64,000 nucleotides of DNA from Vitrella brassicaformis CCMP3155 (taxonomy: Eukaryota; Protista; Chromerida), in the NCBI GenBank assembly GCA_001179505.1, contig CDMY01001028.1:1-64000 (forward strand), read 5' to 3'. Each line of letters starts with the position of its first letter. Within the stretch, counting starts at the first letter, position 1. This document shows positions 35,710-47,200 of this stretch, one piece after another. A model generated the notes under the pieces. It worked only from the letters and a program-made list of their open reading frames with translations. It was not told the origin of the DNA and searched no databases. The translations under genes were made by a program, and so were the position numbers.

Positions 35710-38700
35710 ACATAAGGCAATGAAGAGCGGTGGCGACGTGCGGTCTTGCAACATCCCTCTGATGCACCTAGTGGCTGCGACACCATCCAGCTCCGGCATT
35801 TCTAGGTCGGTCAGCACAAGCATAGGCGTATCGCATGTCTCGCCGTGGGCTCCCGCCAAATGCCTGCTCTTCTTGTCAAGTCTCTCCTTGACGGCGCTGA
35901 CAAGGTCCGCGCCATTGAGAGACCATGTGATCGATGACTCTGGTACGCCCATCTTCTTGATTATGATATCGAGAGACTGCAACAGACAAGAGAGATATAT
36001 TCCGGGCTCCCCCCCGCCTGGGGGGGCATTACACCTGTCGATTGATGAAGTCGTCGTCAGCCAGGAAGAGGTGGATCTGAAGACGCTGCATTTTGTCAAT
36101 GAGAGTTTGTAACACCGTGGAATCCATCGTTTGTCGATGGGGGCTCCCCTGGCCGCTCCGCTTCGCGACATTGAGCTCATACATGCCCCAGCAGTCAAAG
36201 CAGAATGTCGCCGTGGTGCCCTTGTTGACGCCTTCAGACTTCAGCTTGCAATCGCCTCCCATTGCCTTGGCAACCATCCTGCGCCGAAGAAAATCGAGAC
36301 AAGTAGAAAATGGTACCGACGGAAGCATTGCTTTGCCTCGCGATGTTCAACCCTAAGCCGGTGCCGATGGGTGCATCCTTCGCTTGGACTTGCTGCGGGA
36401 AAGGACTTGATTCCATGCTCAAGGTATTTTAGCTGACCGGCTGCTGACCTCAAATTCGTTGCCGAGGCTTTGAAGCTTGTCTGCAGGAATGCCTCGACCA
36501 CTGTCTGAATGCGGAGATGCGAAAGGAATGCTAGGCAGACCCCGACATGAAAATCGCTTACCCTTTATCCGAATTTCAATGGAGTACATCTTGAGCGATT
36601 CCGAATCGCACGACGGGTGTTTGACGAGGTCCAACGGAGGTGGCTGGCCATCCTGTAAATGGACAAGAGGTGAGGCACGCGACATCACTAACATATCATA
36701 CCTGCTTTTGGATTGGATTAGAGGTGACCAGGACTTCAACATAGCCTGCACACATTGAAGCTGCCTCATTGCCCGTATTCCACCCGCACACAAACCTTTC
36801 TCAGTCATCTTCAGCGCGTTTGACAGCAGGTTGTTGGCTGATCCGCAAGGAGGGCACAGACATAGAGAGACACGTTGTGTCCTTTGGGGGGCTGCTGGCT
36901 GTGATCCCGCTTACCTGCCTGGCTCAAGCGGACCATATCCGCATATATGAAGCAAGGCCCTTGATAGGAAGGGATCTGATAGGCCAGCTTCTTGAGCCGA
37001 GCAGTGGGAACATGTAGATGAAAGACCTATCGTAGCAGGCAACCAATAGCTCGAATAGCTGGCATAACCAGCACATGACGGCACAAAGTCTTGATTTCTC
37101 ACCTTCTTCATGCACGTGCGAAGGTCCATCCAGTCCTTGTGGAGTGAGAACACGTCGCTAAGTGTGGCATTTCCGCGCTTATCCTCCTGACATGCACGGT
37201 GCAGCAGTCTGTCAGATCGGCGTTCTTTGGCTCGAGTCCAGCAGCAGGTCGGCGTGAATTCTAGAGATGAGGACGGATGGATGGGCAGTGCTGCGTCTGT
37301 ATCGTAGCTATTCTTCCGCTGTCTCTTGACCGTCAAGCGGGACACCTCGAGTAAATTGTTAGTGAGCACTGCGTGGGCAAATAGGTAAAGGGTGACAATG
37401 AAGTATCAAAGCTGAAGCCCGGGGAGCCTACTGACAAAGCATATATTCGGCGGCAGACGCCATGATGTCTATGTAGCCTCCAACTGAAGGAAAAGAGGAG
37501 CACCACAGAGAAATGATATCATCCTGTGTACACAGATTCTCCCATACAGACGAGCGGGTATACTCGGATGTTCTGGAGACACATTTAGCCCTTCTAAGTC
37601 GTTCCTCATAAAGTCAGCAGAGTTGATGATGCCTTAAAATCAGCAACCTTCATGAGAAAACGATCTTGAGTGATTTTTGAATGTATGCGGCAAGTCACCA
37701 TTCAAAGGGGTCCTGAGGTCGTGGGCTATCTTTGCAAATGTCGCGTGCTGGCTGGCGAAGAATCTGAAATGAATCCCACACAAACAGCCTCATACAGAGA
37801 GAAAAACAACCGTAGGCGCAAAGATTACCGCTCTCTCTCCGCTGTCATTCTTTCCAGCCTTTTCTTTTCTCGAATCACTTCGCGGCTCTTGCGCTCCATA
37901 GAGATGCTGACCCATACAAGTAGCTGCGCCATGACTGCGGAGACAGACAGGCGGCATAAGCGAAACACATCTCCGACCGAGGCAGTCTACGTACGTGCAT
38001 TGGCGACGAGCCGTCCCCAGAACACAGGACCTGTAGATGTAACCAGCTCGGCCAGAAGGAACCTGGCAAAGGCGAACAGACTGTAAGCCATATGCATTGG
38101 CTCCGGATGATTGGCGAATACCAGGAGAACATTGAGAAAGTGACACAGCTGCATTGAGAAAGCACACAGGTAGGAACGCAGATACAGAAGTGATATGAAA
38201 AGCTGACTTACCCTGCGAAAAAGCTGTTGGCTCTAAAGACGCTCCAAAATGCAACCATGCCGAGATCAAATGCCAAGTCCGAAGCCGGTGCGTCACCGTG
38301 TTGGATGTCCCATGAAAGATCAATCATGCGGCTGCTGCTAAAGGTGTATCGAGTGTGGAAAGCGTTGAGACATCCCATGACGGAAAAAAGAACAACCATG
38401 ATCTTCAGATCCCTTGCGCGAGACATGTGACTCTTGTTCGGCCAGACGCTACGGAACAGCAAGTAGCTTCCCAAAAGAGACACTATCAAGCTGCAAGACA
38501 AAGACGAAAGCATCTTCAAGCGCCAATAGAGTCTGACTCACTTACACGTCTCGAACAAGTCTTGACGCACGAAATGTGTCGCCTTTTCCTACCCTGCCGA
38601 CTTCAATGATGGTGTGCAACACGATTCTGTCATTCGATGTGTCACACGGTGAGTGGACTTGTTTCAGGCCCATTGACCATACCCGATTGAGAAAATGGTC

Positions 38701-39219
38701 AGTGGCACCTGAAAGGAAACGAACATCGCACATCTTCTGCTCTACTCATTCGAGCTGCCTTTGACTGCTTTTCTCTTGCCTGTATCCACCGGACAAAGTC
38801 CCCAAAGCACCACCGTTCGAACGCTGATATCACACATATAATGGAAGGATTCACTTCATGTACACAGGATAAATCGAACGCTTGCATCATTGAATTTGAC
38901 CTTCAGGCATGGAGCCTGCCTCCACACCGGGTGGCACTAAGAGATGCACAAGACTACAATGGGAAAAAGGGAACAGGCGGTTTCTCTCCTGTGTCCTACC
39001 CTACAAGCAACAGAAGCCAAGGACGTGGTTTGGGATAAGCACACTCACCTCTATATCGGCCCAGTTCCTCGACTTCTCTTTCGTCAACAGCTGCTGCGTA
39101 TGGTTGCCATCTCGCACTGCCCCGCCTCGGGCAGCGGACGTCTTGCCTTCTCTCTCTTGCCTTCTCTCTCTTGCCTCGGGCGGCTTGGAGGTGCCCTTCT
39201 CTACGTCATGCGTCTCCAT
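35272..39219 (-). CDS. Membrane-bound hybrid sensor histidine kinase (TM sensor, HisKA, HATPase_c, receiver)
   Basis: H-box FAKIAHDLRTPLNG (~37700-37730), N-box NNLLSNALKMTEKG (~36810), G1 DSGRGIPADKL, G2 GTGLGLNIAR|RMVAKAMGGDCKLKSEGVNKGTTATF. Receiver IHLFLADDDFINRQV..MLVLTDLEMPELDGVAATRCIR..FIAL..FVEKP. Several TM helices at 37900-38500. Confidence 0.87.
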
Positions 39220-39450
39220 TCTGGTGCGTGCACGTGTGTATTCGCCTGGAGAAAGGTGAACGGGGGAAGGTATTGGCGGGACCCGGGATGGAAGAGAGAA
39301 AGGAAGAGGAAGAGAGAAAGAGAGGCGTGCGTGTTTACAGGGAAACTGCGAGCTAGCTGTGACCATGAAATATGGAAGTCTGGATGTGGAGGTGCCTGCC
39401 TGCTGCGCCGACAGGATGTCACAAGCTGGAGTTGAGTTGAATCAGAGTCA

Positions 39451-42400
39451 ATGATCTGGGAGCGCTTGCCTGATGTCATCCACAAGACTGATCCGGAGGA
39501 TCCCGTTGGCTCTGCGATCCACTCAGCAGACTTCCAGCCAAACGGAGGGCGACTGGCCACAGGCGGAGCTAACAAGGTGCACATATGGTGGCTTGACATG
39601 CACGGCAAGGTGCGACAACCGCATCGAGGGCCGGCCATTGACCTGACAGACGAGAGCGGTGACGGGGGAGGTCGTGTTGAAGATCGGGACTATCTGCCCC
39701 GCTGCGGTTGCATTCGGCTGGCGACGCTGTCCCATGGGAACAGCAGTGTGTCGACGGTGCGATGGAGCCCTTCCGGCAACCAGCTGGCGTCGTGCGACTG
39801 GCCGCCTCCTCTCGCAGATGATCCCCTCATTGGCCCCCAGCTGCAGCCGAGCAGAGAGCCAGCCATCGAGTCAGGCGCCGTGCTGATCTGGCAGCGATTC
39901 AACAACGGCGGCCAGTCGGCATCGGCGTCAGCATCAGCGGCATCTTCCAAGGAGCAGAACCTGGAGGACTGGCGTCGCGTGCACATTCTGAAGCCCTCAC
40001 CTGGCACCCAGACGAGGGAGGTATCGGACATATCGTGGTGTCCGGACGGCCTCCACCTGGCATCGAGCGGCACTGACGGCAAAGTGCTCATCTGGCACGT
40101 GCAGACCCAGACACTGAGGAGCACCTTGTCGCTGGGAGCCAATGCCGGTGCCGAGTGGGCCAACGGCATCGCCTGGGACCCCCTTGACCAGTTCATGGTC
40201 GTGGCATTGGAGCAGAAGGGCCGGCTGATCGCTGTCTGGGAGCGCAGCGACAGAGTGGAGAGGCATCGTCATCAGGTGTGTGGCGGTGGACATGAGGGGT
40301 CGTCCGATGGTGGCGAGAGGGAGGAGGGACAGGTCAGCGCGGCCGACGGCATCGAGAGCAGCGATGGACAGTGGAGACTGACAGCCACCATACGCGAGCC
40401 ATTCGAGGACGGTACGCACGGACAACGGCACACGTACATGCGGAGATGAACGAACGAACGAATGCACGCCGTTCGTGTTATGCTGTCCGTGGTTGGCTGT
40501 GGTATCTATCGTCTGTCTGTCTGTCTGTCTGTCTGTCTGCAGGTCCCCGTCAGCCGTCGTTTTACCGGCACCCATCATGGGACCCCGAGGGCCGCAATGT
40601 CGTCTTACCGTACGGTGAGTCGCCCAACAGCCATGCCACATTCGGCGTGCTCTTCGAGCGGGGCCGCTGGGCTGACGAGCCGTGGCGCTTTCTCGGACAC
40701 CCGCACCGTGTCTGTGCCGTGCGATTCTTACCCGTGGCTTTGATGCCACTCGCCGGCAAGCAGCCCTTCTGCTTGTGCGCGATGGGGAGCCACGACGGTG
40801 CGCTGTCGATATGGAAGTGCGGAGGGCACCAGGTGGTGTGCTACGCCATCGTCAAGGACTTCCTGCAGCCCGACGCTTCCCTCATCGACCTGGCCTGGAC
40901 CAACGACGGCCTCGCCCTCGTCATCACGTGCAGCGACGGATCGGCGGGGCTCTTCCGATTCGATGCCAACGACATGGGGGGCAGGCCGCAGAATGAGGGC
41001 GGTGCAGCTCTGGCGAGACCCCCCTCATGCACCGGCCTGGCTGCTCAGGCGTCGCGTTTGCGGCCCCTCCACCCACTCAAGGGCACCGCACCTGCCGCCC
41101 CACAACAGGCACAGCACAAGAGAGAGGAAGAGCCGTCCAAGGCAGCAGCAGCAGCAACGGATGACAGGGAGCCCCCCCCAAGACCTTCCCCCGCAGCACC
41201 GGCTGCATCACCAGCACCAGCACCAGCACGGCCTGCAGCAGCAATGGCGGCAGGTGGAGCGATGGGGATGCCGAGTGCTGAGGAGGTGCTCGACCATCAG
41301 AGGCGGCACACGAGTGAGCAGCAGGGGAGGAAGCGCATCGCCCCATTGATCCTGCAGGCGTCTTCTCCTGCCGCTGCGCATCCGCAGCCTCAGGTGGGTC
41401 TGGTCGGTCAGTGGATCTTTCTATCATGCACACAGGCCTGATTCGGTCACATATTTATGTGGTCTTTCTGCCTTCAGGCTGCAGCAGCAGCAGCAGCAGC
41501 GCCACGGTCCGGGAGCCCTCCACCCCTCTCGCCCCCGCCCCCCGGCACCCCGTCGCCATCGGCATCTTTGCCAGCCGTCGACAGACAGGAGCCACTCAAT
41601 CTGCTGCCCGAGGGGGCAGAGAGGAAGAAACGCAAGCGAAAGAAGGACGCTCTGCCTGGAGACAACAGCGACGAGGATGGTCGCCGTGGTGACGAGGGCA
41701 ATAACGTGCGGCCGCCAGCAGGCAAGAAGGCCAAGAAAGCTGCCGCCCCCCCGCAGGACAAGAAGCCCCAGCAGCAGCAGCAGCAGCAGCAGAGGCAGCA
41801 GAAACGTGCTCCAGAGGCGGCCGCTGGTGGGCGGGGTGGGCGGTCGGGCAATGTCACAGCAGCCGCAAGCAGAAGGCCGCACAGGGCCCCCCGTCTGTCC
41901 ATGGCGTCCATCCAGGCCACTGTGCGTCATCTGGACCCCTTCTATGAAGCCCACCGGGACGACATGGGCAAGATCTTGGCGGCCTTGACGGAGCAGGGGC
42001 TGTCATATGATCGCATCGACGGTCTGGTCGACACTATGGATGTGCCGTATGCCGAGCTGGTGGTCCGCAATGACACCGAGGGCGCCGGGGGGTCCAGGCT
42101 TATCTACGAGCTCCACGAGCCGGGCTGTCAGGGAGGCGACACAAGCGACTTGAACAGGGTTGTCAACGGCGTGTCGAGCCGCCACCTTGCCACCACCGCC
42201 ACCACCACCACCACCACGACCCAGTGGGACTACTGCTTCCCGCAGGACGTTATATCGCACTTGGCCATCTCGTCCTCCCTCATCGCCATCGCCACGGCCC
42301 CCCCGCCCCCCACGCCCCCTGTCAACCCGTCCTGCCGGCTGCCGGCCACCCAACCCACGCGTCTCAAGGGCTGGCAGCCCAATCGGGCAGAGGTGCATTT

Positions 42401-43699
42401 GGTCCGTCGGCAGACCGGCTCGCTGTGCCTGGGAGGCCTGCAGGTGGGCGGGGGCGGCGTGGTGGCCATCGCACTCGACGCTCGTCGGCTTGGGGTCCTC
42501 AGCGGCGACGGACGTCTGCAGCTGTGGTGTTTGGACAAGCCACATGCAGGTGTGATGGGCGTGTGTCTGCTGCGGCCACTGATGGAGACCAACGTGATGC
42601 CCTTCTGCCTCGACAATATGATCGGCGTCCATTCGGAGGGCAGCACAGAGGCGAAAGTCGACTCGGTGGCCCAGATGTTCCTCTTGCACCATGACGGCAT
42701 TGATGGCCTGGCCCTCTGCTTCAGGTCTGGCCGTGTCTTGGCGCACCAGCCGGCGATGAAGGCATGGCTGCGCGTCGATGCGCTGCCATATCCCCAGTCG
42801 CAGCACTACGGCAATGTGCCTGGTGGTGGTGGTTTTGAGGAGGCTCCCCGCCCTGCTGACATGGCTATCCCGCCCCTCTCCCCCTGTCCCCTTGCCGCAC
42901 TGCAACACTACCACCCTTCGCACAGACACAAGCACAAGGCCGCCAACAGTGGGGCGCCTTCCAACGGCCCACCACCAGCAGCGGCAGCGGCAGCAGCGGC
43001 AGCCCCCGCTGCGTGCGCGTCAATGTCATCTGGCCGGAACGGTCATGGTGGGCCTCTCACTCGAGTGGGTGCCTTGGTGGGTGTGGTGACGGCGCAGCAT
43101 TTGCACCACCAGTACTGCTGCAGCTGCCTTGTTGGCAGCAACAGGGAAGTGGCTTTCTGGCTGGCGGCACTGGTGGGGCACCTCCTCGACCATGGGAGGG
43201 TGGGGCAGCTGGCTGATGTGCTCGAGGGGCTGCTCGGGTGGATGGCCGGAGACCACACGCAGACAGAGGGGGCGGACGTGATGAACGACGGGCGGTTTGT
43301 GGGCGGCATGTCGGCGTGCAATGGTGGGCAGGACGTCAGCATGAGGGCGGGGGACAGTGGTGCCGCAACCAGTGACCGAGGGCCAGGTGGGTGTGGCCAA
43401 CAAGCAAACGAACACACCAATCCACGAACATACGGACACACACATCTGTCTGTCTGTGAATCTTTGCAGGTGTTGGTGTGGTGCCCGTTGCGAGTGCCAT
43501 TATGTCGCCCCTCTTTCAGCGGCCCCCCACACAACGAGCTGCGCTGATGGGCCTCATCAAGGCGGCCCTGCTGCCCCGTCTGGAGGCCGCCCCGTCAACA
43601 AGACCCACCACACCCTTAGCGAGTCAGCCGGTGGCCGGGCTGGTGGGTGACGTCAAGACAAGGCTGGCTGCCGTCCAATGCATTGAGATGAATGAATAG
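39451..43699 (+). CDS. HIRA: Histone H3.3 chaperone HIRA/Hir1 (WD40 repeats, B-domain, Hira domain)
   Basis: N-terminal AIHSADFQPNGGRLATGG, VSTVRWSPSGNQLAS, VSDISWCPDGLHLASSGTDGKVLIW, PSWDPEG, ERGRW..FLGH, AMGSHDGALSIW, LIDLAWTNDG..LVITCSDGS. Asf1-binding B-domain-like GRKRIAPL. C-terminal HLHHQYCCSCLVGS..EVAFWL. Confidence 0.9.
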
Positions 43700-44224
43700 C
43701 CACATTCATACAGACATTGCAGTCAGTGCGTGTGGTGGGTGGGTGGGGTGTGTATCCTATCCGTGTGGGCGGCTAGCTGTGTAGGTAGGTAGCTTCTGCT
43801 TTGTTAACATATTGGGTACACTCACGTGCGTGTATACGTCCGTGTGTGGCATGGCCTGGCATGTGCGTATTCATGCATCCGTCGATGGTCTGCGTAGGTG
43901 GCCAGCCGGGCCTGTCTGTCTATCTTTCCCCCACGCAACACATGGCTGTAGGTCCATTACAGGGAAGTGAAGGGCATACACACATACATGCGGATCATAG
44001 ATAGATGGAACACGCTTTATCCAGACCATATCCAGACGATGGACTGAGGAAAGGGTGTCTGTCTGTCTGTCTATGATTGCCTGAGGGACATTAAGAAATT
44101 CCTGCTCGCACTGCTTCGCGAAGCAGCACCGAATGCTACGACACAGCACACACACACACACACACAATCCGCTCCGCTCCCTGGTCTTTCGGCCATCGGT
44201 CCGTCCGTCTGTCTGTTTGTCGTC

Positions 44225-47200
44225 TTACATGAGGATCTCGATCTGCCGTCGGTTGTTCCCCCTTTTGACCTGTGAGCCCTCATTGCGGGACAGCCCCACG
44301 TTGTGCGCACCTTTCTCCCTCGACAGCTGCACACACGAACACACACACAACGCACCCGAGATGTCCACAAAGATTGAGACGGATAGGGTGGCACTATCAG
44401 CTGGGCTGGCAGTGTATGTGACCGATCTGCCCAGCCTGTCCATATTGCTCTTGATCTCCTTCAAGTACTGCTCCACCTGTGTGAAGGAAAGATCGCCATG
44501 TCTCTCTCTCTCCCTCTGTGCCTCCCCTCTGTCTCCGTGTCAGTCAGTGAATGAGTGAGTGGTCGACCGTTTGTTCGAACTGCTGTTTGTGGTTGTCTCT
44601 GCTGTCTGCCTTTGACAGTGAGCTCTCGAGAGGGAAGGGGTCCTCCGGCCCTCCAGCATCGACATAGCGCTCGATGCTGTCCTCACCCTCGCTGCACGAC
44701 ATCTCAAGCACCTGACCCACCAGACAAACACACTCACACACACACATGGGCAGACAGAGGCTACGTGTGTCTCATGGCCGATGTCTTGCAGACACTGACC
44801 GACCTGTTTGCCCCCGGCCGGCCCAATGTCAGAGTCGTTGAAGGCGAGGGGCTCGTCGAATGCCATCGCCTCTATGTACCGAACCAACACGCGCGGCGGC
44901 ATCTGGGCCTCCGTCGACACGATCTGTGTGTGGATGGATGACAAACCGACAGACAGGCAGGCAGGCAGACAGACAGACAGCCGTGATGGAATGTGTCCAT
45001 CCATCCATCCATCCATCCAATGAATGTGCGTACCAATCGTGCTCTGCCCATCCTTGCCAGCGCCCCTACATTCGCGAGGACGAGTGCATAGCTGTTGGCC
45101 AGCTGGGCTATCAGCAAGTTCAGCATCACCAGCACGGCTGCCGTCACAAACACAATGAGCAGCACCTGCAGAAAAAGGTCACGGTGCGCGCCGCGCAGGT
45201 CGGGACGCCTACACACACAGACACACACAGAGAGACAGACAGAGAAGGAGACATTCGATCCATGTGTGTGTGTGTATTCGCCGGCCCACCACAGGTTGAG
45301 CATTAGGCTGTAGAGTGTGAGGAAGGTGGTGCCCATGTTGTCAAAGTCATCTTGCAGGGCCGGTCCTCCCTGCACCCATCCATCCATCCATCCACAGGCG
45401 GCCTCACACCCACACTACCTGTGTCGTGAATATATCGATGCCTGTGCTGAATGCGAGCAGCAGGACCACCATGACGGCGACGAGTTTGAACACGTCCTGG
45501 AGCAGCGCTATGATGGCGTTGAAAAAAGCCGCCAATGTTTGCCACACACCGAACGACTCAATCACCAACAGAACCATCATGCCGCCTGCACACGACACAC
45601 AGAGCTTCTCACTGTCAGACAGACATAAGAGTGTGGCTCACCAGCCGACGCGCTGACGACTTGCCACTGATAAAAGTGTTCAAAGAAGGAAAGAAATCCC
45701 GCATGGCCGCCCGCTGGCAACGAGTCGATGGTCTGCATCCACACACGTGTGGTCGGACACACACACTGTGGTTGTCACGCTCGTGTGCGTACTCTCGAGG
45801 CGTGCTGGGTGGAAAGAAAGAAAGGGTCCAGACCGGCAGCCCAGAAGAGAAACAAACTACTCACACACACACACACACACACAGGGACACAGACGTGTGG
45901 CTGTCTGTCTGTCTGTCTGTCTGTGACTCTGTGTGTGACCTGAGAAGGAGTCTGAGGACGTTCCATGTGTTTGTAAGATGGTAGGGGACCCGCACACCAA
46001 ACACACCGACAATCGTCTCACCGTGCTGCAGCTGACCTGCAGACAGACAGACACACACACAGAGGTAGATAAGATACACGCCCAGACAGACAGACAGACA
46101 GACAGACAGGCGTGCATTGGTCTCTCCCTCCTCCCTCCGTCTCTTTGTTTCTATTTGTCTAACTCGTGGCCACATGGACGTGTTGGCATGTGTAGATGAG
46201 CGTGAGCACCCAGGCCAGCACCCGACACACAAAACTGGCCAGGGGGTAGTGGCGAGACAGCAACGTATAGCCAGAGGGGAACAGCACCAGCTGCATGACA
46301 CACCAAACACCACACGCCGTACCATACCATAGCAGCCAGCCAGCAGGTTGGTTGGAACATCTGAGGGCCTACCTGCAGCAGGTAGATGCCCTGTATCCAC
46401 AGAAACTTGGACCTGCCGTACAGATACCACTTCTTGTCCACAATGAACTTCAACACTGACGACAGACGTAAGCACACAAGACGACCGACGTCTGTCTCCC
46501 TGTCTCTCGCTGTCTCTCTCTTTCCTTCTCTCCCTCTCTATGTGTCTGTGTGTGTGTCCCCGTCTGTCTGTTTCGCCCACCAGGGTGCAGGAAGAGCTCT
46601 GCGTGTCCCTGTCTGACCAGTAGTCCAAGCGGCGACTGCCACGCAGAGCTGCCCTTCGGACAGCCCCATAACTCACGGACCTATATCGAAATGCACACGC
46701 CACCCACCCACCCACACACATAACGCACACAATGCAATGCAGTTTCCATCAGGAACTTACGTAGTAGTTGACTTTTCTGTATCCGTTGAGTATTTGGTCT
46801 GACCGCCAAATGTGTCCGTCCAGCAGGTCCGGCAGCAGGGAGGGCGCAAGTTCTTGCACAGCATCTGAATGATGTCGGGGTGGTGCTTCCACAGCTCGTC
46901 CCTCCTATAGTAGAAGAACGATCTGTCTGCGCGGATGGCCAGCAAGTCCCGCAAAATGACGCGAGCCATCTGCACCTTGCCCTCGTTAATCGCCCTGATC
47001 ACGCCGACCAAGAAGAAATACAAAGCGAATGCACACTTGTATGTTGTCGGCTTGTGTGCTGGATCGACTTCCTCACCAATACAGGGGCGAGACATGCTCC
47101 CCATTCACTTCCACAGAGCACGCCCAGAGAGCACGCTTGTTGCGGGGAGCCTCACACAGTGCCAACTGCGAGAGACAGAAAGACGGTGGGTGTGTGGCTG

